NCBI GenBank assembly: GCA_965215195.1
Contig: CBDCDC010000001.1
Span: 96,001-160,000, forward strand
Origin: Candidatus Latescibacterota bacterium
GTDB lineage: Bacteria; Latescibacterota; UBA2968; UBA8231
Direction of reading: 5' to 3'
Length of the DNA stretch: 64,000 nucleotides
Each line of letters opens with the position of its first letter. Positions within the stretch are counted from its first letter, which is position 1. This document shows positions 1 through 11,544 of the stretch, one piece after another. The translations under genes were made by a program, and so were the position numbers. The notes beneath the pieces were generated by a model that was not told where the DNA came from, did no database searches, and worked only from the letters and a program-made list of their open reading frames with translations.

Positions 1-98
1 ACGACATGGCGCGGTTCTTGGCGCGTCACTTCACTGGGGACGCGGCCGAGGCCACGGAAGGAGGAGCGGCTCTGGCCGAGTCGCCTCCCGGGTCTTGA
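1..98 (+). CDS. 3' end of an unidentified gene entering from the left edge
   Basis: Open frame DMARFLARHFTGDAAEATEGGAALAESPPGS* with host-like codon usage, TGA at 96-98. Confidence 0.35.
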   Translation, partial: DMARFLARHFTGDAAEATEGGAALAESPPGS

Positions 99-245
99 GC
101 ACTCTATACGGGTTGTCTCGTCGAAGCCGTAGTGCGCAAGAGAAACATAGGGCAGGGTGGCATTGCACAGGGCTCTCCACGACTCGTGCAGGGCGCAGGG
201 CCTATCATCGGAGGAGAATTTTCGGGAGTTCGCGTTAAACAACAA

Positions 246-265
246 AGCCGCCAAAGTTAGCGGCT
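246..265 (-). terminator. Hairpin terminator downstream of tRNA
   Basis: AGCCGC-8nt-GCGGCT followed by TTGTT on the minus strand. Confidence 0.5.
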
Positions 266-272
266 GGAGATT

Positions 273-349
<77 letters not shown>

Positions 350-390
350 CCGTAAAGTTGTTAAAAACCTAGGATTTTTCCCCAAGAAGG

Positions 391-2196
391 TCAAGAGTTT
401 TGTTGGGTAGTGACCGCTTGGCGCTCTTGATTGAGCGCGACGAGTTCGGCGCTGATGCGCACAATTTCGCTGTCGTCGGATGCCTTGGATGCCGCTGCGA
501 GAGCTTGACGCACGTTGGCGATGCGCTTTTGTAGCGCACTCTTCTGAAAGTAAAGCAAATAGTCGCGCCATTGCCGCTCGACTTGTTCCTCGTCAAAACC
601 TTGGGCCGCGCATTGGGCGGCTAGGCGTACGAGGGGGGGATCGTCCTCTAGGTCGCTGATGATCATGCCAAGGTCGATGGCTTTGCCGTGGGCATGGCGG
701 TCGAAGAGCGTGCGGCACAGGGCCTGAGTGCGGCTGTCGCTTAGCGAGTCTGGGGCGAATTCCCGGACGGTTTCGGGTATAAACTGCGGGAATTTGATCA
801 ACAAGCCGATGAATTCGAGCTCGTGGCGCGGCGGGTCGGGCGCGGCCGCTGGAGGTGACTCGGCAACGGCCTTGCGCGGCCGTTGGGGGCGGCGCATGGA
901 GGCTTGCACGCCGTCGCGCAGGGCCTGTTCGTCAACCGCGAGGCGCTGGGAGACTTCGCGCAGCAGCAGGTCGCGGCGGACCGCATCTTGGGGTTTGTTC
1001 AGCTTGGCTAGGAGCGGTTTGAGCGTTTCGACAGCGTGGCCCTTGCCCTCGACGCTGGAGAGATCGTGCCTCTGGGCGAGTTGTTCGAGGTAGAAATCGA
1101 GAACCGACTGGGCATTTTCGGCCCGCTCTATCAGAGCGTCCGGGCCGTGCTTTTGCACGAAGCTATCGGGGTCGTGCTCGGAGGGCAGCGAAACGACGCG
1201 GGCATCTAGGCCCGTGCCTAGGAGAACTTCTAGGGCGCGCATGGCGGCCGTGGAACCGGCCGCGTCGCCATCGAACAGCAGCACGACTCGGCGGGCAAAG
1301 CGATCCAACAGGTGGCCGTGGTCTTCGGTCAGGGCCGTGCCAGAGGTGGCGACCACGTGCTGGATGCCGGCCTGCGCTAGGCTGATGAGGTCCATGTAGC
1401 CTTCGACGACTAGTACGGTATTTTGGCGGCGAATAGCGTCGCGGGTGTCGGACAGGCCATAGAGCACTCGACCCTTGTGATAGATGGGCGTCTCGGGCGA
1501 GTTGAGGTACTTGGGCTCTTGGTCGGGCTGGCGCGCACGCGCACCGAAGGCGATGGTCCGATTGGAGAGATTGGCAATGGGAAAGGCGACCCGGTCGCGA
1601 AAGCGGTCGTAGTGGCCGCTACCGCTCTTTTGCGGCAGGGCTAGCCCGGCCCGCTCCAAAATCTGGGGAGTCAAGCCTCGGCGACCAGCCACTTTGAGCA
1701 AGGCGTCCCACTCCGGCGGCGCGTAGCCCAAGCCGAAGCGCTCGATGGTTTCGCCTGCGAGACCGCGGGTTTGTAAATACGCGCGGGCACTAGCGCCGAC
1801 AGCGTCGTTAAGCAACAGATGGTGAAAGTACTTTCGCGCTAGGTCGTTAGCCCGATAGAGTTCGTCGGCGGCCGCGCCCTCCTCGTGCGATGGCCCCGAA
1901 CGCTCGGGCAGGGCGACGCCGGTGCGTGCGGCGAGGAATTTGACCGCTTCGACAAAAGTGACGCGGTCAATCTCTTGGATGAATTTGAATACATTGCCCC
2001 CTACTCCACAGCCGAAGCAGTGGTAGAATTGGCGGTCGGGATCAACGCTGAAAGAGGGGGTTTTTTCGTCGTGGAAAGGGCAAAGGCCGGAGTAGTTGCG
2101 GCCCTTTTTGACGAGCTGGACGTGTTCGGAAACCAAGTCGACGATGTCGGTGGCGTCGCGGATGCGTTGGAGGATGTCTTCGGGGATGCGTGGCAT
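391..2196 (-). CDS. dnaG: DNA primase
   Basis: CHC2 zinc finger (CPFHDEKTPSF...CFGC), PKYLNSPET, TOPRIM VEGYMD and FDGDAAG. Confidence 0.97.
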   Translation of the reverse strand: MPRIPEDILQRIRDATDIVDLVSEHVQLVKKGRNYSGLCPFHDEKTPSFSVDPDRQFYHCFGCGVGGNVFKFIQEIDRVTFVEAVKFLAARTGVALPERSGPSHEEGAAADELYRANDLARKYFHHLLLNDAVGASARAYLQTRGLAGETIERFGLGYAPPEWDALLKVAGRRGLTPQILERAGLALPQKSGSGHYDRFRDRVAFPIANLSNRTIAFGARARQPDQEPKYLNSPETPIYHKGRVLYGLSDTRDAIRRQNTVLVVEGYMDLISLAQAGIQHVVATSGTALTEDHGHLLDRFARRVVLLFDGDAAGSTAAMRALEVLLGTGLDARVVSLPSEHDPDSFVQKHGPDALIERAENAQSVLDFYLEQLAQRHDLSSVEGKGHAVETLKPLLAKLNKPQDAVRRDLLLREVSQRLAVDEQALRDGVQASMRRPQRPRKAVAESPPAAAPDPPRHELEFIGLLIKFPQFIPETVREFAPDSLSDSRTQALCRTLFDRHAHGKAIDLGMIISDLEDDPPLVRLAAQCAAQGFDEEQVERQWRDYLLYFQKSALQKRIANVRQALAAASKASDDSEIVRISAELVALNQERQAVTTQQNS

Positions 2197-2418
2197 TGCT
2201 AGCAGGGGGCTTTTTCTCTATATTAACAGCACCATTAAGCAAAATATGGCGGCCTATTAACTGGGTCAAGAAAGTCAATTAGCGACGCTAATTTGCGTTA
2301 ATTCCTTGAGTTTACAGCAAACTGTTGGTATTATTGATAAGTTAAACGCTTATTCATGGCCTATGCTGGGGCCAAATCAAAATTTGACCCATTGAGTATC
2401 AAGAGGAGGATATCAGAT

Positions 2419-3084
2419 ATGTCGAAAGGCATAAAGGAAGCTATCGCGAGTTTGGCCTTGTTGGGACTCAGCGTTTTTCTGTGCGCGAGTCCGGCTGCAG
2501 CGCAGTTGGCAGTCTCTGGAGCTTCGGTGGATACAGACGACCTTGCACCCAGTCCTGTCGACGGAGTACAGGCTGAGTTCAACGAAGGTGGAAGGAGTAT
2601 TACCGTCTCTTGGACCTTGTCCGGCGACGATGTCGTGCGCCAGACCCCGACGAGTAGCGACTTTACAACGGGCGGAACCTTTAAAAACGTCAACGATGTG
2701 GCTGGTTACAATATATGGCGCCGTCCAGCCGAGGACCCTGAAGGTAGCTTGGCAATAGTCGGCACCGCTGGTGCCGGCGTGACGGCCTTAGTTGACGCCT
2801 CGATCAACGTGAGCGAGGGGAGCAAGCGGTACTTCTACATGGTCTCGGTCGTCGATGCTAGCGGCAACGAGAGCGCTCCCATCGAGTCCAACGAAATCAA
2901 GAACACATTGCTCCTTGGCGACTTTGACTACGATGGCGATGTGGACCTCGATGACTACGGAATTTTTCAAGCCAACTTTGGCCAAGCCGAATTCGATCCA
3001 GCCACAGATATCGACGGCAACGGCGTGGTTGAGCTCGAGGACTTTTTCCTTTGGGCCGACAACCTCGGTGCCAACTTGTACTAG
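2419..3084 (+). CDS. Secreted FN3-like protein with C-terminal dockerin-like double EF-hand domain
   Basis: RBS GAGGAGG 2403-2409; signal peptide ending PAAA/Q; SWTLS..GYNIWR..YFYMVSVVDASGNES; GDFDYDGDVDLDDY and DIDGNGVVELEDFFLWADNLG Ca-binding loops. Confidence 0.75.
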   Translation: MSKGIKEAIASLALLGLSVFLCASPAAAQLAVSGASVDTDDLAPSPVDGVQAEFNEGGRSITVSWTLSGDDVVRQTPTSSDFTTGGTFKNVNDVAGYNIWRRPAEDPEGSLAIVGTAGAGVTALVDASINVSEGSKRYFYMVSVVDASGNESAPIESNEIKNTLLLGDFDYDGDVDLDDYGIFQANFGQAEFDPATDIDGNGVVELEDFFLWADNLGANLY

Positions 3085-3138
3085 GTGCCGGCTTCAACCT
3101 AGCTATGGTATTCCATCCTTTACAAGGAGTATAGTTCG

Positions 3139-3831
3139 ATGAAAGAGTATATCCGCATCATCGCGCTAGCCGCTTTTTGCGCTGCTCCCGCGGCCGCTCA
3201 GTTGACCACCTCTGGGCCCGTAGCTTCCGTCGATAATATCCCCCCGGCACCTGTGGCCAACCTGCAAGCGCTCGCCACAGCCGGCGATGAGCCATCCGTG
3301 TTGCTCACTTGGACGCTATCAACAGAGGACGCTCGTTCGTTTACGACCTTTGGTGCCCAAGTAGTGCCCACGGGCGACGTACACGGCTATCGCGTGTACC
3401 GTGCGGATTTCTTTCTGCCCGTGGACGATAGCGGAGAGGTAGTGCTCGGTTGGTTTACGCGCGAGGGAGGCAGGGTTGACTTCGACGACTTCTTCCTCTT
3501 AGCCGATCGCTTTGGCACTTCTGACGCCGAGGCGGATTTTGAGTTGTTCTTCGACATAGTGCCCAATGGCCAAATTGACGTCGATGATTTTCTTCGTTTC
3601 GCCGATGATTTCGGCAAGGCCGTAACTCAGGAAGAACAGGGCAGTGAAAAGTTGATCGCCACGCTGGGGCCGGGCATCTCCGAGTTCATCGACGATGACG
3701 TCGTCAGCGGAGCCTCCTATGTCTATGACGTAAGAGCCTTTGACGGGGACAACGAAACTGGCGTCATCGCACCTTTTGCTTCCAATGAAGATATAGCCCG
3801 GACGGCGATGCTCGTCAGCGCCGATCAATAG
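3139..3831 (+). CDS. Secreted FN3-like paralog with internal dockerin-like EF-hand insertion
   Basis: RBS AAGGAG; signal peptide PAAA/Q; TWTLS..GYRVYR..YVYDVRAFDGDNET; VDFDDFFLLADRFG and DIVPNGQIDVDDFLRFADDFG. Confidence 0.75.
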   Translation: MKEYIRIIALAAFCAAPAAAQLTTSGPVASVDNIPPAPVANLQALATAGDEPSVLLTWTLSTEDARSFTTFGAQVVPTGDVHGYRVYRADFFLPVDDSGEVVLGWFTREGGRVDFDDFFLLADRFGTSDAEADFELFFDIVPNGQIDVDDFLRFADDFGKAVTQEEQGSEKLIATLGPGISEFIDDDVVSGASYVYDVRAFDGDNETGVIAPFASNEDIARTAMLVSADQ

Positions 3832-3853
3832 GGCGTACGCGAAGCCGCAGAGG

Positions 3854-3892
3854 ATAGGACGCCCACTCAACGAGCGAGCGTCCTATTTTTTT
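3854..3892 (+). terminator. Intrinsic terminator
   Basis: ATAGGACGC...GCGTCCTAT followed by T-run. Confidence 0.75.
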
Positions 3893-3905
3893 ACGGTAGC
3901 ACGTC

Positions 3906-3934
3906 TTGACAAACAAAGATGTTCTCTGTACTTT
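3906..3934 (+). promoter_or_regulatory. Sigma70 promoter of rho
   Basis: TTGACA-17bp-TACTTT. Confidence 0.65.
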
Positions 3935-4215
3935 TTGATCTCTTTACGCACCACCTTCAAGCAAATACCTCAGCGGTTTATTCCGCTTGAAATTCCACTT
4001 TCCCTTTAGACATTCTTCCTTCGCGATAGACCTCCTGTAGCGATTAAAGAATTTTGCCAAGGTACGGCATACTCTAGGTTTTAATGTCTTAGCGGTACTA
4101 CCGCTTTTAACAATCCAATCCTCGCAACAGCCCTAGGTGTTTCTAGTGCTGCATCGCACCTAAATGTCCGCTTCGAGTCCCGCACTTTAACCGCAAGAAA
4201 GGTAGCAGGGAAGAG

Positions 4216-5490
4216 ATGCCGCCTGTCAATAGAACGCAGAAAATGAATATCGTCGAACTCCAGCGCATGAACATCTTGGATCTCCAAAAGCTGGCCAAGA
4301 AATTGGAAGTTGTAGATTGCACCTCTTTGCGCAAGCAGGAGCTGATCTTCGCCATCCTCAAGCACCAGACCGAGCGCAGTGGGCTGATCTTTGCCCAAGG
4401 CACTTTGGAGGTGCTGGAAGAGGGATTCGGCTTTCTCCGCTCGCCGAGCTATAACTACTTGCCTGGCCCCGACGACATTTACGTTTCCCACTCGCAGATT
4501 AAGCGATTTAGCCTGCGCACGGGAGACACGATCTCCGGTCAGATCCGCCCGCCGAAAAACGACGAGAAGTACTTTGCGCTGCTGCGAGTTGAGGCGATCA
4601 ACTTCGACGATCCAGAAGTCACCAAGAACAAGACGATCTTCGAGAACCTGACGGCCTTGCATCCCACGGATCGCTTTAAGTTAGAACACAATCCCAAGGA
4701 TATGACGACGCGGATTCTCGACTTGCTCTCGCCCATTGGCAAGGGGCAGCGCGGCCTAATCGTAGCGCCGCCCTTCACCGGCAAAACCATGCTTCTGCAA
4801 AAGGTCGCCAACGCCATTACCACCAACCATCCCGAGGCGATTCTCATCGTCTTGCTCATCGACGAGCGCCCCGAGGAAGTCACCGATATGCTGCGTTCGG
4901 TCCAAGGCGAAGTCGTCAGTTCGACCTTTGACGAGTCGGCTACGCGGCACGTGCAGGTGGCGGATATGGTGATCGAGAAGGCTCGGCGCCTAGTTGAGCA
5001 CAAGCGGGATGTGGTCATCCTACTCGACAGCATCACGCGCTTGGCGCGGGCCTACAACACGGTGACGCCGCACTCGGGCCGGATCCTCACTGGCGGCGTT
5101 GACTCGACGGCTTTGCAGTGGCCGCGCCGCTTTTTCGCCGCCGCCCGCAATCTCGAAGAAGGCGGTAGCCTGACGATTATCGCCACGGCCTTGGTCGAGA
5201 CCGGGAGCCGCATGGACGAAGTGATCTTTGAAGAGTTCAAAGGCACGGGCAATATGCAGGTGCAGCTAGACCGCCGGCTGAGCAACCGCCGCGTCTATCC
5301 AGCCGTTGACGTGACAGCGACGAGCACCCGCAAAGAAGAGCTGCTGCTCACGGAGTTTGAATTGAACCGCTCGTGGGTACTGCGCCGCATACTCAATCAG
5401 ATGGGAGTCATTGAGGGCATGGAGTTCCTCCAAGAGCGCATGCAGGGCACGGAATCCAACGAGGAATTTCTCAAGGCCATGAACGACTAG
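4216..5490 (+). CDS. rho: Transcription termination factor Rho (start may be 4243)
   Basis: [20 protein letters not shown]-binding domain, [36 protein letters not shown]. Confidence 0.98.
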   Translation: MPPVNRTQKMNIVELQRMNILDLQKLAKKLEVVDCTSLRKQELIFAILKHQTERSGLIFAQGTLEVLEEGFGFLRSPSYNYLPGPDDIYVSHSQIKRFSLRTGDTISGQIRPPKNDEKYFALLRVEAINFDDPEVTKNKTIFENLTALHPTDRFKLEHNPKDMTTRILDLLSPIGKGQRGLIVAPPFTGKTMLLQKVANAITTNHPEAILIVLLIDERPEEVTDMLRSVQGEVVSSTFDESATRHVQVADMVIEKARRLVEHKRDVVILLDSITRLARAYNTVTPHSGRILTGGVDSTALQWPRRFFAAARNLEEGGSLTIIATALVETGSRMDEVIFEEFKGTGNMQVQLDRRLSNRRVYPAVDVTATSTRKEELLLTEFELNRSWVLRRILNQMGVIEGMEFLQERMQGTESNEEFLKAMND

Positions 5491-5574
5491 TCGCCTTGTT
5501 TTTTGAGCGTTAAGCCTCTATTCTTATTGACTCGGTAGCCGAGTTTCACCGCCAAGAAAACAGAGGAGTGCAAA

Positions 5575-5832
5575 GTGCAAAAAGACATGCATCCCCCGTA
5601 CCAAACGGTTATCTTTCTCGACACTAGCTGCGACTACAAGATACTGTCGCGTTCGACGACGAAGTCCGAAGAGACGATGGAGTGGGAAGACGGGAATTCC
5701 TATCCGGTGATCCGGGTCGAAATCAGTTCGGCTTCGCATCCTTTCTACACGGGCAAGCGCCAGCAGATCATGGATCGCGGCGGGCGCATCGACCAGTTCA
5801 ATCGTCGCTACGGCACAAGCGCACAAGCCTAG
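5575..5832 (+). CDS. rpmE: 50S ribosomal protein L31 type B (zinc-independent)
   Basis: [28 protein letters not shown]; no CxxC pairs. Confidence 0.95.
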   Translation: MQKDMHPPYQTVIFLDTSCDYKILSRSTTKSEETMEWEDGNSYPVIRVEISSASHPFYTGKRQQIMDRGGRIDQFNRRYGTSAQA

Positions 5833-5909
5833 CGATCCATTTCGTGCGATGAGGTGATAGGACGCCCTCCCGAGGGTGCTCGTATCGCCTTTTTCGTGTA
5901 CGCGAGTCC

Positions 5910-6830
5910 ATGGATAGGGAACAACTCACGCAAGATCTGCCAGTCGGCGGCCAAGCCGTCATCGAAGGGGTGATGATGCGCGTGCCCGGCAAAATCGTCA
6001 CTGCGGTGCGGGCGGCTGACCACCAGATCGTGGTGCGCGAGGAAGCGTACGATGCCCTAGCGCAGCGCTATCGCCTGTTGGGTCTGCCCGTATTGCGCGG
6101 TGCCCTTTCTTTTTTTGAAATGATGCTTATCGGTCTGAGAGCCCTCAATTTCTCAGCCGATGTCGCCAGACAGGAAGAAGGGCAGCTCGAGCGGCGGGAG
6201 CAATTGGCCTTGTGGGCGACGATGATCTTTTTCATGGGGCTGGGCGTGGGCCTGTTTTTCTTTTTGCCGCTGCTAGCTGCCCAGCTCTTCGGCTTGCAGG
6301 AGAACGTCCTCGAATTCAACCTAGTGGCCGGTGCGGTGCGGGCGACGCTTTTGATTCTCTATCTTTGGGCGATAAGCCAGTGGCGCGAAATCCAGCGGGT
6401 TTTTCAATACCACGGTGCCGAGCACAAAAGCATCTTCACCTTAGAAGCCGGTGCCGAGCTGACGGTGGCAGTGGCGCGGGGCTTTGGTCGGCTGCATCCG
6501 CGCTGCGGAACTAGCTTCATGCTAATCGTAGTGCTATTTGCGATCCTGATTTTCGCCTGCGTGGATTCGCTTTTCCCGCTCGTCTTTGGGCACACGCAGA
6601 GCCTTTTTGAGCGCTTTGCCACCCATTTTGCAGTGCTGCCCTTTGTCGCGGGGACGAGCTTTGAGTTGCTCAAGTTCTCGGGCAAAAAGCGCAATGCCCC
6701 GCTGGTCCGGTTGCTGAGTGCCCCGGGGCTGTGGTTGCAGTGCATTACGACCCGCGAGCCGGACGACGACCAGTTAGAGGTCGCCTTGTTCGCGCTGCGC
6801 CGCGCCCTAAATGAAGAAGTTCACGCCTAA
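5910..6830 (+). CDS. DUF1385 membrane protein
   Basis: GGQAVIEGVMM, YHGAEHK, HPRCGTSF, TTREP; conserved rpmE-DUF1385-prfA context. Confidence 0.93.
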   Translation: MDREQLTQDLPVGGQAVIEGVMMRVPGKIVTAVRAADHQIVVREEAYDALAQRYRLLGLPVLRGALSFFEMMLIGLRALNFSADVARQEEGQLERREQLALWATMIFFMGLGVGLFFFLPLLAAQLFGLQENVLEFNLVAGAVRATLLILYLWAISQWREIQRVFQYHGAEHKSIFTLEAGAELTVAVARGFGRLHPRCGTSFMLIVVLFAILIFACVDSLFPLVFGHTQSLFERFATHFAVLPFVAGTSFELLKFSGKKRNAPLVRLLSAPGLWLQCITTREPDDDQLEVALFALRRALNEEVHA

Positions 6831-6859
6831 AGGCGCGGTGAAAGCGAGGCCAACTTATC

Positions 6860-7927
6860 GTGTTAGATAAATTGAACGGATACGAGCAGCGCTACGAGGA
6901 GCTAAGTGCGCTGATGGCCGATCTGGCCATTAGCCAAAACCCGGCTCAGTACCAGAAGCTGGCGCGGGAGATGGGCGACTTGCAGGAAGTGGTGGATTTA
7001 GCGAGCCAGTACCGCGCAGCACTCGCACAGCTCGCAGAGGCCGAGGAGATCATCGCCGATGGCAGTGATGCAGAGCTAGTCGAATTGGCCGCAGCCGAAC
7101 GCGACCAACTGAAAGGAAAAGTGGCGCAGCTAGAAGAAATACTCAAAGTGCTGCTGATTCCCAAAGACCCCAACGACGGTCGCAACGCCATCGTCGAGAT
7201 CCGCGCCGGCACCGGCGGCGACGAAGCCGGGCTTTTCGCCAGCGATCTATATCGCATGTACCACCGCTTCGCCGAGCGCAAGGGCTTGAAAACCGAGGAG
7301 CTTTCCTCCAGTCAGAATCCGGCCGGTGGCTTTAAGGAAGTGGTGTTCGTGGTTTCGGGCGCGGACGCCTTCGGCCAGCTCAAGTTCGAGAGCGGGGTAC
7401 ACCGCGTACAGCGGGTTCCCAAAACCGAGGCTTCGGGCCGGATTCACACGTCGGCGGCTTCGGTGGCGGTCTTGCCCGAAGCCGAGGAGGTTGAGGTGGA
7501 GATCGCCCCCGAGGATTTGAAAATCGAAGTGTACCGCTCCAGCGGGCCTGGCGGCCAGAGCGTCAACACCACGGATTCGGCCGTGAAAATCACCCATGTT
7601 CCAACGGGTATTGTCGTCTCCTGTCAAGACGAGAAGTCGCAACTCAAGAACAAGACCAAGGCATTGAAGGTCCTTCGCGCCCGGCTCTACGACAAATTGC
7701 AGGCCGAGCAAAAGGCCGAGCGCGACGCCGCCCGCGCCGGCCAGATCGGCTCTGGCGATCGCAGCGCGAAAATCCGCACCTACAACTTCCCGCAGGGCCG
7801 GGTCACTGACCATCGCATTGGCTTGTCCCTCTATCGCTTAGAGGAAATCCTCGATGGCGATTTTGAAAAATTCGTCGAGCAATTAGCGCTCGCATCTCAG
7901 CAGGACGCGCTAGCGGCAGGCCTATGA
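6860..7927 (+). CDS. prfA: Peptide chain release factor 1
   Basis: [20 protein letters not shown] (PxT), GGQ motif, [14 protein letters not shown]. Confidence 0.98.
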   Translation: MLDKLNGYEQRYEELSALMADLAISQNPAQYQKLAREMGDLQEVVDLASQYRAALAQLAEAEEIIADGSDAELVELAAAERDQLKGKVAQLEEILKVLLIPKDPNDGRNAIVEIRAGTGGDEAGLFASDLYRMYHRFAERKGLKTEELSSSQNPAGGFKEVVFVVSGADAFGQLKFESGVHRVQRVPKTEASGRIHTSAASVAVLPEAEEVEVEIAPEDLKIEVYRSSGPGGQSVNTTDSAVKITHVPTGIVVSCQDEKSQLKNKTKALKVLRARLYDKLQAEQKAERDAARAGQIGSGDRSAKIRTYNFPQGRVTDHRIGLSLYRLEEILDGDFEKFVEQLALASQQDALAAGL

Positions 7928-8796
7928 GCGGGTGCTCTTGGCGGCTACTCGATATCCTCGAAAACGCGAGCTGTTTCTTCGCGTCAAAGGGGTTGGAAAA
8001 CGCCCGCCTACAAGCAGAGCTCCTACTCGCTGCCGTGCTCGGTGTCAAACGCCTCGATCTCTACCTGCAATTTGAACGTCCCTTGCACCGCAGCGAAGTG
8101 GATCGCTATCGGGAATACGTGCGGCAGCGGTTGCGGCGCGTGCCCGTGCAGTACATCACGGGCGTGGCCGCCTTTCGCCATCTAGAGCTGGCCGTGACGC
8201 CCGCGGTGTTGATCCCGCGCCCCGAGACCGAAGTGCTCGTCGATGTGGCCTTGGAGTTTTTGCCCGAAGGCGGTCGGGTCCTCGACCTGTGTTGCGGCGC
8301 AGGCGCGGTCGCCCTGTCGCTGGCCCGAGAGGCGTCAGCGGCCGAGGTGGTGGCAGCCGATGTATCGGCCGCTGCTTTAGACGTGGCGAAGGCCAACGGC
8401 CAACGCTGCGGGCTAGCCGGGCGCGTTGAGTGGCACTGCGGCGATCTTTTTGCGCCCTTCCGCAGCACCGAGCCTTTTGACCTCGTCGCGGCCAACCCGC
8501 CGTACGTGCGCCACAGCGACTTGGCGCAACTAGCGCCGGAAGTTCGCGACTACGAACCGCATCTCGCCCTAGACGGGGGCGAGGACGGCTTGGCGTACTT
8601 CTGCCGCATCGCGCAGGCGGCGGCCGACTTTATTCGCCCCGGAGGCTATCTGCTGCTAGAGGTAGGAGACGGCCAAAGCGCGGCCGTGGTGGACTTACTT
8701 GCGCGGTCTGAACGCTTGACTGAGGTTCAGATAAGACTGGACTTAAACCAAATCCCCCGCGTCGTTGTCGTGCGCACGGCTGCTCAGGCGAGTTGA
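7924..8796 (+). CDS. prmC: Release factor glutamine N5-methyltransferase
   Basis: LIPRPETE, LDLCCGAG, NPPY, EPHLALDGG; ATGA overlap with prfA. Confidence 0.96.
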   Translation: MSGCSWRLLDILENASCFFASKGLENARLQAELLLAAVLGVKRLDLYLQFERPLHRSEVDRYREYVRQRLRRVPVQYITGVAAFRHLELAVTPAVLIPRPETEVLVDVALEFLPEGGRVLDLCCGAGAVALSLAREASAAEVVAADVSAAALDVAKANGQRCGLAGRVEWHCGDLFAPFRSTEPFDLVAANPPYVRHSDLAQLAPEVRDYEPHLALDGGEDGLAYFCRIAQAAADFIRPGGYLLLEVGDGQSAAVVDLLARSERLTEVQIRLDLNQIPRVVVVRTAAQAS

Positions 8797-8799
8797 AGC

Positions 8800-10173
8800 A
8801 TGGCCAAAAAGAACCGTTCCGCTTACATCTGCCAGTCCTGCGGCCACAGTGCCGCGCGCTGGTTTGGGCGCTGTGTGGCCTGCGGCGAGTGGAACACCTG
8901 CGTCGAAGAGCGGCCCCAAGCACCCGACAGTCGGCGCGAACACCTAGCGGTATCGCCCCGCTCCCAATTGCAGCCCATTACCCAAGTCGATGACCAAGAC
9001 CACGAGCGGCTGCAAATCGGCATCTCCGAGTTCGATCGGGTCTTGGGCGGCGGCATCATGCCCGGTTCGGTCGTCTTAGTCGGCGGCGATCCCGGCATTG
9101 GCAAATCGACGCTCCTGTTGCAGATGGCCGGACAGCTAGCGGCCTCTGATTTTCGCATCGCATACATTTCCGCCGAGGAATCGGCCGCGCAGATCCGCCT
9201 GCGCGCCGGGCGCTTGGGGGCGTTGTGCGAAAGCCTGCACGTGATGGCCGAGACCAGCCTCGCGGCCATTCTCGACCAGTTGCAATCCGCCGGGCCGCTG
9301 GCCATCGTCATCGACTCGATCCAGACCATTTACATGCCCGAGTTGGAGAGTGCGCCCGGCAGCGTAACCCAAGTGCGCGAATGCGCGGCGCGGCTCGTCT
9401 ATTTGGCCAAAGAAAGCGGCATTCCCACGTTTTTGGTGGGGCACGTGACGAAAGAGGGCACGGTCGCCGGGCCGCGAGTGCTGGAGCACTTGGTCGATAC
9501 CGTGCTCTATTTAGAGGGCGAGCGCCACCATCACTTCCGCATCCTCCGCGCTGCCAAAAATCGCTTTGGTTCAACCAATGAGATCGGGATTTTTGAGATG
9601 CGGGACCAAGGGCTAATCGAGGTCGCCAACCCCTCCAAAATTCTGCTGGCCGAGCGCGCCGAGGGCGTGTCGGGTTCGGCCATCGTCTGTAGCATAGAGG
9701 GCACTCGGCCGCTCTTGATCGAAATTCAGGCCCTCGTCTCGCGCTCTAGTTTTGGCTATCCGCAGCGGGTTGCCACCGGCATCGACGCCAAGCGGCTCTC
9801 GATTATTATCGCGGTGCTCGAAAAGCGCTGCGGCCACGACCTGTCGAGCGAGGACATTTTCGTCAATGTCGTAGGGGGCATTCGCCTCGACGAGCCGGCC
9901 GTGGATATGGGAGTGGGGCTGGCGGTTGTCTCTAGCTTCCGCAACAAGCCCATTGACGCGCAGACCGTGGCGATTGGCGAGATCGGGTTGGGGGGGGAGA
10001 TCCGGCCGGTGAACCAGATTGACCGGAGGGTGGCCGAGGCGCGGAGCTTGGGGTTTGAGCAGTGTTTGGTGGCGCGGAGCAACCTACAGGGGTGGAAGCG
10101 ACCGGCGGGGATGGAAGTGGTCGGGGTGGGGGGGATGGAGGCAGCCGAAGCGCTCGCACTTGGCTCAAGCTAG
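8800..10173 (+). CDS. radA: DNA repair protein RadA/Sms
   Basis: C4 zinc finger, GDPGIGKST, KNRFG, Lon-like C-terminus GEIGLGGEIR. Confidence 0.97.
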   Translation: MAKKNRSAYICQSCGHSAARWFGRCVACGEWNTCVEERPQAPDSRREHLAVSPRSQLQPITQVDDQDHERLQIGISEFDRVLGGGIMPGSVVLVGGDPGIGKSTLLLQMAGQLAASDFRIAYISAEESAAQIRLRAGRLGALCESLHVMAETSLAAILDQLQSAGPLAIVIDSIQTIYMPELESAPGSVTQVRECAARLVYLAKESGIPTFLVGHVTKEGTVAGPRVLEHLVDTVLYLEGERHHHFRILRAAKNRFGSTNEIGIFEMRDQGLIEVANPSKILLAERAEGVSGSAIVCSIEGTRPLLIEIQALVSRSSFGYPQRVATGIDAKRLSIIIAVLEKRCGHDLSSEDIFVNVVGGIRLDEPAVDMGVGLAVVSSFRNKPIDAQTVAIGEIGLGGEIRPVNQIDRRVAEARSLGFEQCLVARSNLQGWKRPAGMEVVGVGGMEAAEALALGSS

Positions 10174-10345
10174 CCCCTTTTCTTCACAGAGCTGTTTCTC
10201 GCAGTTCCCAATTTTTGCTTTTCGCAGCATCCTTCTCCTTTTTCTAACATATTATTAAACAATAAATTGCGCGTATTTTTGCCGCTTGGCACGGCATTTG
10301 TTATAAACGGCTAGAGTAGCTTAATCCGCTTCAATTAAAAAATGC

Positions 10346-10385
10346 TTGACACCTGAACATTACTTCACTATCTTTTTGTTCAGGT
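10346..10385 (+). promoter_or_regulatory. recA sigma70 promoter overlapped by candidate LexA operators
   Basis: TTGACA(10346-51)-17bp-TATCTT(10369-74); inverted repeat ACCTGAACA(10351-59)/TGTTCAGGT(10377-85). Confidence 0.7.
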
Positions 10386-10428
10386 TGGCGGTGTGCTACC
10401 CATTCATAGAATACGCGAGGAGGAAATC

Positions 10429-11544
<1,116 letters not shown>

